Source: the human T2T-CHM13v2.0 reference genome, Homo sapiens. From it: DNA of 64,000 nt. The translations under genes and the position numbers were made by a program. The notes under the pieces were generated by a model. That model was not told the DNA's origin. It did no database searches and saw only the letters and a program-made list of their open reading frames with translations. The stretch lies in the NCBI RefSeq assembly GCF_009914755.1, contig NC_060943.1. The stretch is one strand, 5' to 3'. Shown here piece after piece: positions 1-13,200 of this stretch; position 1 is the first letter of the stretch; each line of letters starts with the position of its first letter.

Positions 1-99
1 TGTATTCAACTCACAGAGTTCAACGATCCTTTACACAGAGCAGACTTGAAACACTCTTTTTGTGGAATTTGCAAGTGGAGATTTCAGCCGCTTTGAGGT

Positions 100-116
100 C
101 AATGGTAGAAAAGGAA
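100..116 (+). other. A-box / pJalpha-like site of the A-type monomer (representative copy; recurs every 340 bp)
   Basis: CAATGGTAGAAAAGGAA sits at the position homologous to the CENP-B box, 171 bp upstream of it. It resembles the pJalpha motif CTAYGGTGRAAAAGGAA imperfectly. Confidence 0.65.
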
Positions 117-950
117 ATATCTTCGTATAAAAACTAAACAGAATGATTCTCAGAAACTCCTTTGTGATGTGTGCGTTCAACTCACAGAGTTTAACCTTTC
201 TTTTCATAGAGCAGTTAGGAAACACTCTGTTTGTAAAGTCTGCAAGTGGATATTCAGACCTCCTTGATGCCTTCGTTGGAAAAGGGATTTCTTCATATTA
301 TGCTAGACAGAAAAATTCTCAGTAACTTCCTTGTGTTGTGTGTATTCAACTCACAGAGTTGATCGATCCTTTACACAGAGCATACTTGAAACACTCTTCT
401 TGTGGAATCTGCAAGTGGAGATTTCAGCCGCTTTGAGGTCAATGGTAGAATAGGAAATATCTTCCTATAGAAACTAGACAGAATGATTCTCAGAAACTCC
501 TTTGTGATGGGTGCGTTCAACTCACAGAGTTTAACCTTTCTTTTCATAGAGCAGTTAGGAAACACTCTGTTTGTAAAGTCTGCAAGTGGATATTCAGACC
601 TCTTTGAGGCCTTCTTTGGAAACGGGATTTCTTCATATTATGCTAGACAGAAGAATTCTCAGTAACTTCCTTGTGTTGTGTGTATTCAACTCACAGAGTT
701 GAACGATCCTTTACACAGAGCAGACTTGAAACACTCTTTTTGTGGAATTTGCAAGTGGAGATTTCAGCCGCTTTGTGGTCAATGGTAGAATAGGAAATAT
801 CTTCCTATAGAAACTAGACAGAATGATTCTCAGAAACTCCTTTGTGATGTGTGCGTTCAACTCACAGAGTTTAACCTTTCTTTTCATAGAGCAGTTAGGA
901 AACACTCTGTTTGTAAAGTCTGCAAGTGGATATTCAGACCTCCTTGAGGC

Positions 951-967
951 CTTCGTTGGAAACGGGA
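951..967 (+). other. CENP-B box (first intact copy; the site recurs every 340 bp in the B-type monomer)
   Basis: Exact CTTCGTTGGAAACGGGA, matching the canonical NTTCGNNNNANNCGGGN. Copies at 271 and 611 carry core substitutions. Confidence 0.97.
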
Positions 968-3900
968 TTTCTTCATATTATGCTAGAGAGAAGAATTCTC
1001 AGTAACTTACTTGTGTTGTGTGTATTCAACTCACAGAGTTCAACGATCCTTTACACAGAGCAGACTTGAAACACTCTTTTTGTGGAATTTGCAAGTGGAG
1101 ATTTCAGCCGCTTTGAGGTCAATGGTAGAAAAGGAAATATCTTCGTATAAAAACTAGACAGAATGATTCTCAGAAACTCCTTTGTGATGTGTGCGTTCAA
1201 CTCACAGAGTTTAACCTTTCTTTTCATAGAGCAGTTAGGAAACACTCTGTTTGTAAAGTCTGCAAGTGGATATTCAGACCTCTTGATGCCTTCGTTGGAA
1301 AAGGGATTTCTTCATATTATGCTAGACAGAAGAATTCTCAGTAACTTCCTTGTGTTGTGTGTATTCAACTCACAGAGTTGATCGATCCTTTACACAGAGC
1401 AGACTTGAAACACTCTTTTTGTGGAATTTGCAAGTGGAGATTTCAGCCGCTTTGTGGTCAATGGTAGAATAGGAAATATCTTCCTATAGAAACTAGACAG
1501 AATGATTCTCAGAAACTCCTTTGTGATGTGTGCGTTCAACTCACAGAGTTTAACCTTTCTTTTCATAGAGCAGTTAGGAAACACTCTGTTTGTAAAGTCT
1601 GCAAGTGGATATTCAGACCTCCTTGAGGCCTTCGTTGGAAACGGGATTTCTTCATATTATGCTAGACAGAAGAATTCTCAGTAACTTCCTTGTGTTGTGT
1701 GTATTCAACTCACAGAGTTGAACGATCCTCTACACAGAGCAGACTTGAAACACTCTTTTAGTGGAATTTGCAAGTGGAGATTTCAGCCGCTTTGAGGTCA
1801 ATGGTAGAATAGGAAATATCTTCCTATAGAAACTAGACAGAATGATTCTCAGAAACTCCTTTGTGATGTGTGCGTTCAACTCACAGAGTTTAACCTTTCT
1901 TTTCATAGAGCAGTTAGGAAACACTCTGTTTGTAAAGTCTGCAAGTGGATATTCAGACATCTTTGAGGCTTTCGTTGGAAACGGGATTTCTTCATAGTCT
2001 GCTATACAGAAGAATTCTCAGAAACTTCCTTGTGTTCTGTGTTTTCAACTCACAGAGTTGAACGATGCTTTACACAGAGTAGACTTGAAACACTCTTTTT
2101 GTGGAATTTGCAAGTGGAGTTTTCAGCCGCTTTGAGGTCAATGGTAGAAAAGGAAATATCTTCGTATAAAAACTAGACAGAATGATTCTCAGAAACTACT
2201 TTGTGATGTGTGCGTTCAACTCACAGAGTTTAACCTTTCTTTTCATAGAGCAGTTAGGAAACACTCTGTTTGTAAAGTCTGAAAGTGGATATTCAGACCT
2301 CTTTGAGGCCTTCGTTGGAAACGGGATTTCTTCATATTCTGCTAGAGAGAAGAATTCTCAGTAACTTCCTTGTGTTGTGCGTATTCAACTCACAGAGTTC
2401 AACGATCCTTTACACAGAGCAGACTTGAAACACTCTTTTTGTGGAATTTGCAAGTGGAGATTTCAGCCGCTTTGAGGTCAATGGTAGAAAAGGAAATATC
2501 TTCGTATAAAAACTAGACAGAATGATTCTCAGAAACTCCTTTGTGATGGGTGCGTTCAACTCCCAGAGTTTAACCTTTCTTTTCATAGAGCAGTTAGGAA
2601 ACACTCTGTTTGTAAAGTCTGCAAGTGGATATTCAGACCTCCTTGAGGCCTTCTTTGGAAACGGGATTTCTTCATATTATGCTAGACAGAAGAATTCTCA
2701 GTAACTTCCTTGTGTTGTGTGTATTCAACTCACAGAGTTGAACGATCCTTTACACAGAGCAGACTTGAAACACTCTTTTTGTGGAATTTGCAAGTGGAGA
2801 TTTCAGCCGCTTTGTGGTCAATGGTAGAATAGGAAATATCTTCCTATAGAAACTAGACAGAATGATTCTCAGAAACTCCTTTGTGATGTGTGCGTTCAAC
2901 TCACAGTGTTTAACCTTTCTTTTCATAGAGCAGTTAGGAAGCACTCTGTTTGTAAAGTCTGCAAGTGGATATTCAGACCTCCTTGAGGCCTTCGTAGGAA
3001 ACGGGATTTCTTCATATTATGCTAGACAGAAGAATTCTCAGTAACTTCCTTGTATTGTGTGTATTCAACTCACAGAGTTGAACGATCCTTTACACAGAGC
3101 ATACTTGAAACACTCTTCTTGTGGAATTTGCAAGTGGAGATTTCAGCCGCTTTGAGGTCAATGGTAGAATAGGAAATATCTTCCTATAGAAACTAGACAG
3201 AATGATTCTCAGAAACTCCTTTGTGATGTGTGCGTTCAACTCACAGAGTTTAACCTTTCTTTTCATAGAGCAGTTAGGAAACACTCTGTTTGTAAAGTCT
3301 GCAAGTGGATATTCAGACCTCTTTGAGGCCTTCTTTGGAAACGGGATTTCTTCATATTCTACTAGACAGAAGAATTCTCAGTAACTTCCTTGTGTTGTGT
3401 GTATTCAACTCACAGAGTTGAACGATCCTTTACACAGAGCAAACTTGAAACACTCTTCTTGTGGAATTTGCAAGTGGAGATTTCAGCCGCTTTGAGGTCA
3501 ATTGTAGAATAGGAAATATCTTCCTATAGAAACTAGACAGAATGATTCTCAGATACTCCTTTGTGATGTGTGCATTCAACTCACAGATTTTAACCTTTCT
3601 TTTCATAGAGCAGTTAGGAAACACTCTGTTTGTAAAGTCTGCAAGTGGATATTCAGACCTCCTTGTGGCCTTCGTTGGAAACGGGATTTCTTCATATTAT
3701 GCTAGACAGAAGAATTCTCAGTAACTTCCTTGTGTTGTGTGTATTTAACTCACAGAGTTGAACGATCCTTTACACAGAGCAGACTTGAAACACTCTTTTA
3801 GTGGAATTTGCAAGTGGAGATTTCAGCCGCTTTGAGGTCAATGGTAGAATAGGAAATATCTTCCTATAGAAACTAGACAGAATGATTCTCAGAAACTCCT

Positions 3901-6900
3901 TTGTGATGTGTGCGTTCAACTCACAGAGTTTAACCTTTCTTTTCATAGAGCAGTTAGGAAACACTCTGTTTGTAAAGTCTGCAAGTGGATATTCAGACAT
4001 CTTTGAGGCTTTCGTTGGAAACGGGATTTCTTCATAGTCTGCTATACAGAAGAATTCTCAGAAACTTCCTTGTGTTCTGTGTTTTCAACTCACAGAGTTG
4101 AACGATGCTTTACACAGAGTAGACTTGAAACACTCTTTTTGTGGAATTTGCAAGTGGAGTTTTCAGCCGCTTTGAGGTCAATGGTAGAAAAGGAAATATC
4201 TTCGTATAAAAACTAGACAGAATGATTCTCAGAAACTACTTTGTGATGTGTGCGTTCAACTCACAGAGTTTAACCTTTCTTTTCATAGAGCAGTGAGGAA
4301 ACACTCTGTTTGTAAAGTCTGCAAGTGGATATTCAGACCTCCTTGATGCCTTCGTTGGAAACGGGATTTCTTCATATTATGCTAGACAGAAGAATTCTCA
4401 GTAACTTCCTTGTGTTGTGTGTATTCAACTCACAGAGTTGAACGATCCTTTACACAGAGCAGTCTTGAAACACTCTTGTTGTGGAATTTGCAAGTGGAGA
4501 TTTCAGCCGCTTTGAGGTCAATGGTAGAAAAGGAAATATCTTCGTATAAAAACTAGACAGAATGATTCTCAGAAACTCCTTTGTGATGTGTGCGTTCAAC
4601 TCACAGAGTTTAACCTTTCTTTTCATAGAGCAGTGAGGAAACACTCTGTTTGTAAAGTCTGCAAGTGGATATTCAGACCTCCTTGATGCCTTCGTTGGAA
4701 ACGGGATTTCTTCATATTATGCTAGACAGAAGAATTCTCAGTAACTTCCTTGTGTTGTGTGTATTCAACTCACAGAGTTGAACGATCCTTTACACAGAGC
4801 AGTCTTGAAACACTCTTGTTGTGGAATTTGCAAGTGGAGATTTCAGCCGCTTTGAGGTCAATGGTAGAATAGGAAATATGTTCCTATAGAAACTAGACAG
4901 AATGATTCTCAGAAACTCCTTTGTGTTGTGTGCGTTCAACTCACAGAGTTTAACCTTTCTTTTCATAGAGCAGTTAGGAAACACTCTGTTTGTAAAGTCT
5001 GCAAGTGGATATTCAGACCTCTTTGAGGCCTTCGTTGGAAACGGGATTTCTTCATATTCTGCTAGAGAGAAGAATTCTCAGTAACTTACTTGTGTTGTGT
5101 GTATTCAACTCACAGAGTTCAACGATCCTTTACACAGAGCAGACTTGAAACACTCTTTTTGTGGAATTTGCAAGTGGAGATTTCAGCCGCTTTGAGGTCA
5201 ATGGTAGAAAAGGAAATATCTTCGTATAAAAACTAGACAGAATGATTCTCAGAAACTCCTTTGTGATGTGTGCGTTCAACTCACAGAGTTTAACCTTTCT
5301 TTTCATAGAGCAGTTAGGAAACACTCTGTTTGTAAAGTCTGCAAGTGGATATTCAGACCTCCTTGATGCCTTCGTTGGAAAAGGGATTTCTTCATATTAT
5401 GCTAGACAGAAAAATTCTCAGTAACTTCCTTGTGTTGTGTGTATTCAACTCACAGAGTTGATCGATCCTTTACACAGAGCATACTTGAAACACTCTTCTT
5501 GTGGAATCTGCAAGTGGAGATTTCAGCCGCTTTGAGGTCAATGGTAGAATAGGAAATATCTTCCTATAGAAACTAGACAGAATGATTCTCAGAAACTCCT
5601 TTGTGATGGGTGCGTTCAACTCACAGAGTTTAACCTTTCTTTTCATAGAGCAGTTAGGAAACACTCTGTTTGTAAAGTCTGCAAGTGGATATTCAGACCT
5701 CTTTGAGGCCTTCTTTGGAAACGGGATTTCTTCATATTATGCTAGACAGAAGAATTCTCAGTAACTTCCTTGTGTTGTGTGTATTCAACTCACAGAGTTG
5801 AACGATCCTTTACACAGAGCAGACTTGAAACACTCTTTTTGTGGAATTTGCAAGTGGAGATTTCAGCCGCTTTGTGGTCAATGGTAGAATAGGAAATATC
5901 TTCCTATAGAAACTAGACAGAATGATTCTCAGAAACTCCTTTGTGATGTGTGCGTTCAACTCACAGAGTTTAACCTTTCTTTTCATAGAGCAGTTAGGAA
6001 ACACTCTGTTTGTAAAGTCTGCAAGTGGATATTCAGACCTCCTTGAGGCCTTCGTTGGAAACGGGATTTCTTCATATTATGCTAGACAGAAGAATTCTCA
6101 GTAACTTCCTTGTATTGTGTGTATTCAACTCACATAGTTGAACGATCCTTTACACAGAGCATACTTGAAACACTCTTCTTGTGGAATTTGCAAGTGGAGA
6201 TTTCAGCCGCTTTGAGGTCAATTGTAGAATAGGAAATATCTTCCTATAGAAACTAGACAGAATGATTCTCAGAAACTCCTTTGTGATGTGTGCGTTCAAC
6301 TCACAGAGTTTAACCTTTCTTTTCATAGAGCAGTTAGGAAACACTCTGTTTGTAAAGTCTGCAAGTGGATATTCAGACCTCTTTGAGGCCTTCGTTGGAA
6401 ACGGGATTTCTTCATATTCTGCTAGACAGAAGAATTCTCAGTAACTTCCTTGTGTTGTGTGTATTCAACTCACAGAGTTGAACGATCCTTTACACAGAGC
6501 AAACTTGAAACACTCTTCTTGTGGAATTTGCAAGTGGAGATTTCAGCCGCTTTGAGGTCAATTGTAGAATAGGAAATATCTTCCTATAGAAACTAGACAG
6601 AATGATTCTCAGATACTCCTTTGTGATGTGTGTGTTCAACTCACAGAGTTTAACCTTTCTTTTCATAGAGCAGTTAGGAAACACTCTGTTTGTAAAGTCT
6701 GCAAGTGGATATTCAGACCTCCTTGTGGCCTTCGTTGGAAACGGGATTTCTTCATATTATGCTAGACAGAAGAATTCTCAGTAACTTCCTTGTGTTGTGT
6801 GTATTCAACTCACAGAGTTGAACGATCCTTTACACAGAGCAGACTTGAAACACTCTTTTTGTGGAATTTGCAAGTGGAGATTTCAGCCGCTTTGAGGTCA

Positions 6901-7299
6901 ATGGTAGAATAGGAAATATCTTCCTATAGAAACTAGACAGAATGATTCTCAGAAACTCCTTTGTGATGTGTGCGTTCAACTCACAGTGTTTAACCTTTCT
7001 TTTCATAGAGCAGTTAGGAAACACTCTGTTTGTAAAGTCTGCAAGTGGATATTCAGACCTCCTTGAGGCCTTCGTTGGAAACGGGATTTCTTCATATTCT
7101 GCTAGACATAAGAATTCTCAGTAACTTCCTTGTGTTGTGTGAATTCAACTCACAGAGTTGAACGATCCTTTACACAGAGCAGACTTGAAACACTCTTTTT
7201 GTGGAATTTGCAAGTGGAGATTTCAGCCGCTTTGAGGTCAATGGTTGAAAAGGAGATATCTTCGTATAAAAACTAGACAGAATGATTCTCAGAAACTCC

Positions 7300-10200
7300 T
7301 TTGTGATGTGTGCGTTCAACTCACAGAGTTTAACCTTTCTTTTAATAGAGCAGTTGGGAAACACTCTGTTTGTAAAGTCTGCAAGTGGATATTCAGACCT
7401 CTTTGAGGCCTTCGTTGGAAACGGGATTTCTTCATATTATGCTAGACAGAAGAATTCTCAGTAACTTCCTTGGGTTGTGTGTATTCAACTCACAGAGTTG
7501 AATGATCCTTTACACAGAACAGACTTGAAACACTCTTTTTGTGGAATTTGCAAGTGGAGATTTCAGCCGCTTTGAGGTCAATGGTAGAATAGGAAATATC
7601 TTCCTATAGAAACTAGACAGAATGATTGTCAGAAACTACTTTGTGATGTGTGCGTTCAACTCACAGAGTTTAACCTTTCTGTTCATCGAGCAGTTAGGAA
7701 ACACTCTGTTTGTAAAGTCTGCAAGTGGATATTCAGACCTCCTTGAGGCCTTCGTTGGAAACGGGATTTCTTCATATTATGCTAGACAGAAGAATTCTCA
7801 GTAACTTCCTTGTGTTGTGTGTATTCAACTCACAGAGTTGAACGATCCTTTACACAGAGCAGACTTGAAACACTCTTTTTGTGGAATTTGCAAGTGGAGA
7901 TTTCAGCCGCTTTGAGGTCAATGGTAGAACAGGAAATATCTTCCTATAGAAACTAGACAGAATGATTCTCAGAAACTCCTTTGTGATGTGTGAGTTCAAC
8001 TCACAGAGTTTAACCTTTCTTTTCATAGAGCAGTTAGGAAACACTCTGTTTGTAAAGTCTGCAAGTGGATATTCAGACATCCTTGAGGCCTTCGCTGGAA
8101 AAGGGATTTCTTCATATTATGCTAGACAGAAGAATTCTCAGTAACTTCCTTGTATTGTGTGTATTCAACTCACAGAGTTGAACGATCCTTTACACAGAGC
8201 AGACTTGAAACACTCTTTTTGTGGAATTTGCAAGTGGAGATTTCAGCCGCTTTGTGATCAATGGTAGAATAGGAAATATCTTCCTATAGAAACTAGACAG
8301 AATGATTGTCAGAAACTCCTTTGTGATGTGTGCGTTCAACTCACAGAGTTTAACCTTTCTTTTCATAGAGCAGTTAGGAAACACTCTGTTTGTAAAGTCT
8401 GCAAGTGGATATTCAGACATCTTTGAGGCTTTCGTTGGAAACGGGATTTCTTCATATTCTGCTATACAGAAGAATTCTCAGAAACTTCCTTGTGTTGTGT
8501 GTCTTCAACTCACAGAGTTGAACGATGCTTTACAGAGAGTAGACATGAAACACACTTTTTGTGGAATTTGCAAGTGGAGATTTCAGCCGCTTTGAGGTCA
8601 ATGGTAGAAAAGGAAATATCTTCGTATAAAAACTAGACAGAATTATTCTCAGAAACTCCTTTGTGATATGTGCGTTCAACTCACAGAGTTTAACCTTTCT
8701 TTTCATAGAGCAGTTAGGAAACACTCTGTTTGTAAAGTCTGCAAGTGGATATTCAGACCTCTTTGAGGCCTTCGTTGGAAACGGGATTTCTTCATATTCT
8801 GCTAGAGAGAAGAATTCTCAGTAACTTCCTTGTGTTGTGTGTATTCAACTCACAGAGTTCAACGATCCTTTACACAGAGCAGACTTGAAGCACTCTTTTT
8901 GTGGAATTTGCGAGTGGAGATTTCAGCCGCTTTGAGGTCAATGGTAGAATAGGAAATATCTTCCTATAGAAACTAGACAGAATGATTCTCAGAAACTCCT
9001 TTGTGATGTGTGCGTTCAACTCACAGAGTTTAACCTTTCTTTTCATAGAGCAGTTAGGAAACACTCTGTTTGTTAAGTCTGCAAGTGGATATTCAGACCT
9101 CTTTGAGGCCTTCGTTGGAAACGGGTTTTCTTCATATTATGCTAGACAGAAGAATTCTCAGTAACTTCCTTGTGTTGTGTGTATTCAACTCACACAGTTG
9201 AACGATCCTTTACACAGAGCATACTTGAAACACTCTTGTTGTGGAATTTGCAAGTGGAGATTTCAGCCGCTTTGAGGTCAATGGTAGAATAGGAAATATC
9301 TTCCTATAGAAACTAGACAGAATGATTCTCAGAAACTCCTTTGTGATGTGTGCGTTCAACTCACAGAGTTTAACCTTTCTTTTCATAGAGCAGTTAGGAA
9401 ACACTCTGTTTGTAAAGTCTGCAAGTGGGTATTCAGACCTCCTTGAGGCCTTCGTTGGAAACGGGATTTCTTCATATTATGCTAGACAGAAGAATTCTCA
9501 GTAACTTCCTTGTGTTGTGTGTATTCAACTCACAGAGTTGAACGATCCTTTACACAGAGCAGACTTGAAACACTCTTTTTGTGGAATTTGCAAGTGGAGA
9601 TTTCAGCCGTTTTGAGGTCAATGGTAGAATAGGAAATATCTTCCTATAGAAACTAGACAGAATGATTCTCAGAAACTCCTTTGTGATGTGTGCGTTCAAC
9701 TCACAGAGTTTAACCTTTCTTTTCATAGAGCAGTTAGGAAACACTCTGTTTGTAAAGTCTGGAAGTGGATATTCAGACATCTTTGAGGCTTTCGTTGGAA
9801 ACGGGATTTCTTCATATTCTGCTATACAGAAGAATTGTCAGAAACTTCCTTGTGTTGTGTGTCTTCAACTCACAGAGTTGAACGATGCTTTACACAGAGT
9901 AGACTTGAAACACTCTTTTTCTGGAATTTGCAAGTGGAGATTTCAGCCGCTTTGAGGTCAATGGTAGAAAAGGAAATATCTTCGTATAAAAACTAGACAG
10001 AATGATTCTCAGAAACTCCTTTGTGATGTGTGCGTTCAACTCACAGAGTTTAACCTTTCTTTTCATAGAGCAGTTAGGAAACACTCTGTTTGTAAAGTCT
10101 GCAAGTGGATATTCAGACCTCTTTGAGGCCTTCGTTGGAAACGGGATTTCTTCATATTCTGCTAGAGAGAAGAATTCTCAGTAACTTCCTTGTGATGTGT

Positions 10201-13200
10201 GTATTCAACTCACAGAGTTCAACGATCCTTTACACAGAGCAGACTTGAAACACTCTTTTTGTGGAATTTGCAAGTGGAGATTTCAGCCGCTTTGAGGTCA
10301 ATGGTAGAATAGGAAATATCTTCCTATAGAAACTAGATAGAATGATTCTCAGAAACTCCTTTGTGATGTGTGCATTCAACTCACAGAGTTTAACCTTTCT
10401 TTTCATAGAGCAGTTAGGAAACACTCTGTTTGTAAAGTCTGCAAGTGGATATTCAGACCTCCTTGAGGCCTTCGTTGGAAACGGGATTTCTTCATATTAT
10501 GCTAGACAGAAGAATTCTCAGTAACTTCCTTGTGTTGTGTGTATTCAACTCACAGAGTTGAACGATCCTTTACACAGAGCAGACTTGAAACACTCTTTTT
10601 GTGGAATTTGCAAGTGGAGATTTCAGCCGCTTTGAGGTCAAGGGTAGAATAGGAGATATCTTCCTACAGAAACTAGACAGAATGATTCTCAGAAACTCCT
10701 TTGTGATGTGTGCGTTCAACTCACAGAGTTTATCCTTTCTTTTCATAGAGCAGTTAGGAAACACTCTGTTTGTAAAGTCTGCAAGTGGATATTCAGACCT
10801 CCTTGAGGCCTTCGTTGGAAACGGGATTTCTTCATATTATGCTAGACAGAAGAATTCTCAGTAACTTCCTTTTATTGTGTGTATTCAACTCACAGAGTTG
10901 AACGATCCTTTACACAGAGCAGACTTGAAACACTCTTTTTGTGGAATTTGCAAATGGAGATTTCAGCCGCTTTGAGGTCAATGGTAGAAAAGGAAATATC
11001 TTCGTATAAAAATTAGACAGAATGATTCTCAGAAACTCCTTTGTGATGTGTGCATTCAACTCACAGAGTTTAGCCTTTCTTTTCATAGAGCAGTTAGGAA
11101 ACACTCTGTTTGTAAAGTCTGCAACTGGATATTCAGGCCTCTTTGAGGCCTTCGTTGGAAACGGGATTTCTTCATATTATGCTAGACAGAAGAATTCTCA
11201 GTAACTTCCTTGTGTTGTGTGTATTCAACTCACAGAGTTGAACGATCCTTTACACAGAGCAGACTTGAAACATTCTTTTTGTGGAATTTGGAAGTGGAGA
11301 ATTCAGCCGCTTTGAGGTCAATGGTAGAATAGGAAATATCTTCCTATAGAAACTAGACAGAATGATTGTCAGAAACTCCTTTGTGCTGTGTGCGTTCAAC
11401 TCACAGAGTTTAAACTTTCTTTTCATAGAGCAGTTAGGAAACACTCTGTTTGTAAAGTCTGCAGGTGGATATTCAGACATCATTGAGGCTTTCGTTGGAA
11501 ACGGGATTTCTTCATATTCTGCTAGACAGAAGAATTCTCAGAAACTTCCTTGTGTTGTGTGTTTTCAACTCACAGAGTTGAACGACCCTTTACACAGAGC
11601 AGAATTGAAACACTCTCTTTGTGGAATTTGCAAGTGGAGATTTCAGCCGCTTTGAGGTCAATGGTAGAAAAGGAAATATCTTCGTATAAAAACTAGACAG
11701 AATGATTCTCAGAAACTCCTTTGTGATGTGTGCGTTCAACTCACAGAGTTTAACCTTTCTTTTAATAGAGCAGTTGGGAAACAATCTGTTCGTAAACTCT
11801 GCAAGTGGATATTCAGACCTCTTTGAGGCCTTCGTTGGAAACGGGATTTCTTCATATTCTGCTAGACAGAAGAATTCTCAGAAACTTCCTTGTGTTGTGT
11901 GTATTCAACTCACACAGTTGAACGATCCTTTACACAGAGCAGACTTGAAACACTCTTTTTGTGGAATTTGCAAGTGGAGATTTCAGCCGCTTTGAGGTCA
12001 ATGGTAGAATAGGAAATATCTTCCTATAGAAACTAGACAGAATGATTCTCAGAAACTCCTTTGTGATGTGTGAGTTCAACTCACAGAGTTTAACCTTTCT
12101 TTTCATAGAGCAGTTAGGAAACACTCTGTTTGTAAAGTCTGCAAGTGGATATTCAGACATCCTTGAGGCCTTCGCTGGAAAAGGGATTTCTTCATATTAT
12201 GCTAGACAGAAGAATTCTCAGTAACTTCCTTGTATTGTGTGTATTCAACTCACAGAGTTGAACGATCCTTTACACAGAGCAGACTTGAAACACTCTTTTT
12301 GTGGAATTTGCAAGTGGAGATTTCAGCCGCTTTGTGATCAATGGTAGAATAGGAAATATCTTCCTATAGAAACTAGACAGAATGATTGTCAGAAACTCCT
12401 TTGTGATGTGTGCGTTCAACTCACAGAGTTTAACCTTTCTTTTCATAGAGCAGTTAGGAAACACTCTGTTTGTAAAGTCTGCAAGTGGATATTCAGACAT
12501 CTTTGAGGCTTTCGTTGGAAACGGGATTTCTTCATATTCTGCTATACAGAAGAATTCTCAGAAACTTCCTTGTGTTGTGTGTCTTCAACTCACAGAGTTG
12601 AACGATGCTTTACAGAGAGTAGACATGAAACACACTTTTTGTGGAATTTGCAAGTGGAGATTTCAGCCGCTTTGAGGTCAATGGTAGAAAAGGAAATATC
12701 TTCGTATAAAAACTAGACAGAATTATTCTCAGAAACTCCTTTGTGATGTGTGCGTTCAACTCACAGAGTTTAACCTTTCTTTTCATAGAGCAGTTAGGAA
12801 ACACTCTGTTTGTAAAGTCTGCAAGTGGATATTCAGACCTCTTTGAGGCCTTCGTTGGAAACGGGATTTCTTCATATTCTGCTAGAGAGAAGAATTCTCA
12901 GTAACTTCCTTGTGTTGTGTGTATTCAACTCACAGAGTTCAACGATCCTTTACACAGAGCAGACTTGAAGCACTCTTTTTGTGGAATTTGCGAGTGGAGA
13001 TTTCAGCCGCTTTGAGGTCAATGGTAGAATAGGAAATATCTTCCTATAGAAACTAGACAGAATGATTCTCAGAAACTCCTTTGTGATGTGTGCGTTCAAC
13101 TCACAGAGTTTAACCTTTCTTTTCATAGAGCAGTTAGGAAACACTCTGTTTGTTAAGTCTGCAAGTGGATATTCAGACCTCTTTGAGGCCTTCGTTGGAA

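Noticed and set aside
126-132. TATAAAA TATA-box-like motif in one A-monomer haplotype
   Set aside because: It is a short AT-rich match within a satellite variant with no other promoter evidence in the sequence.
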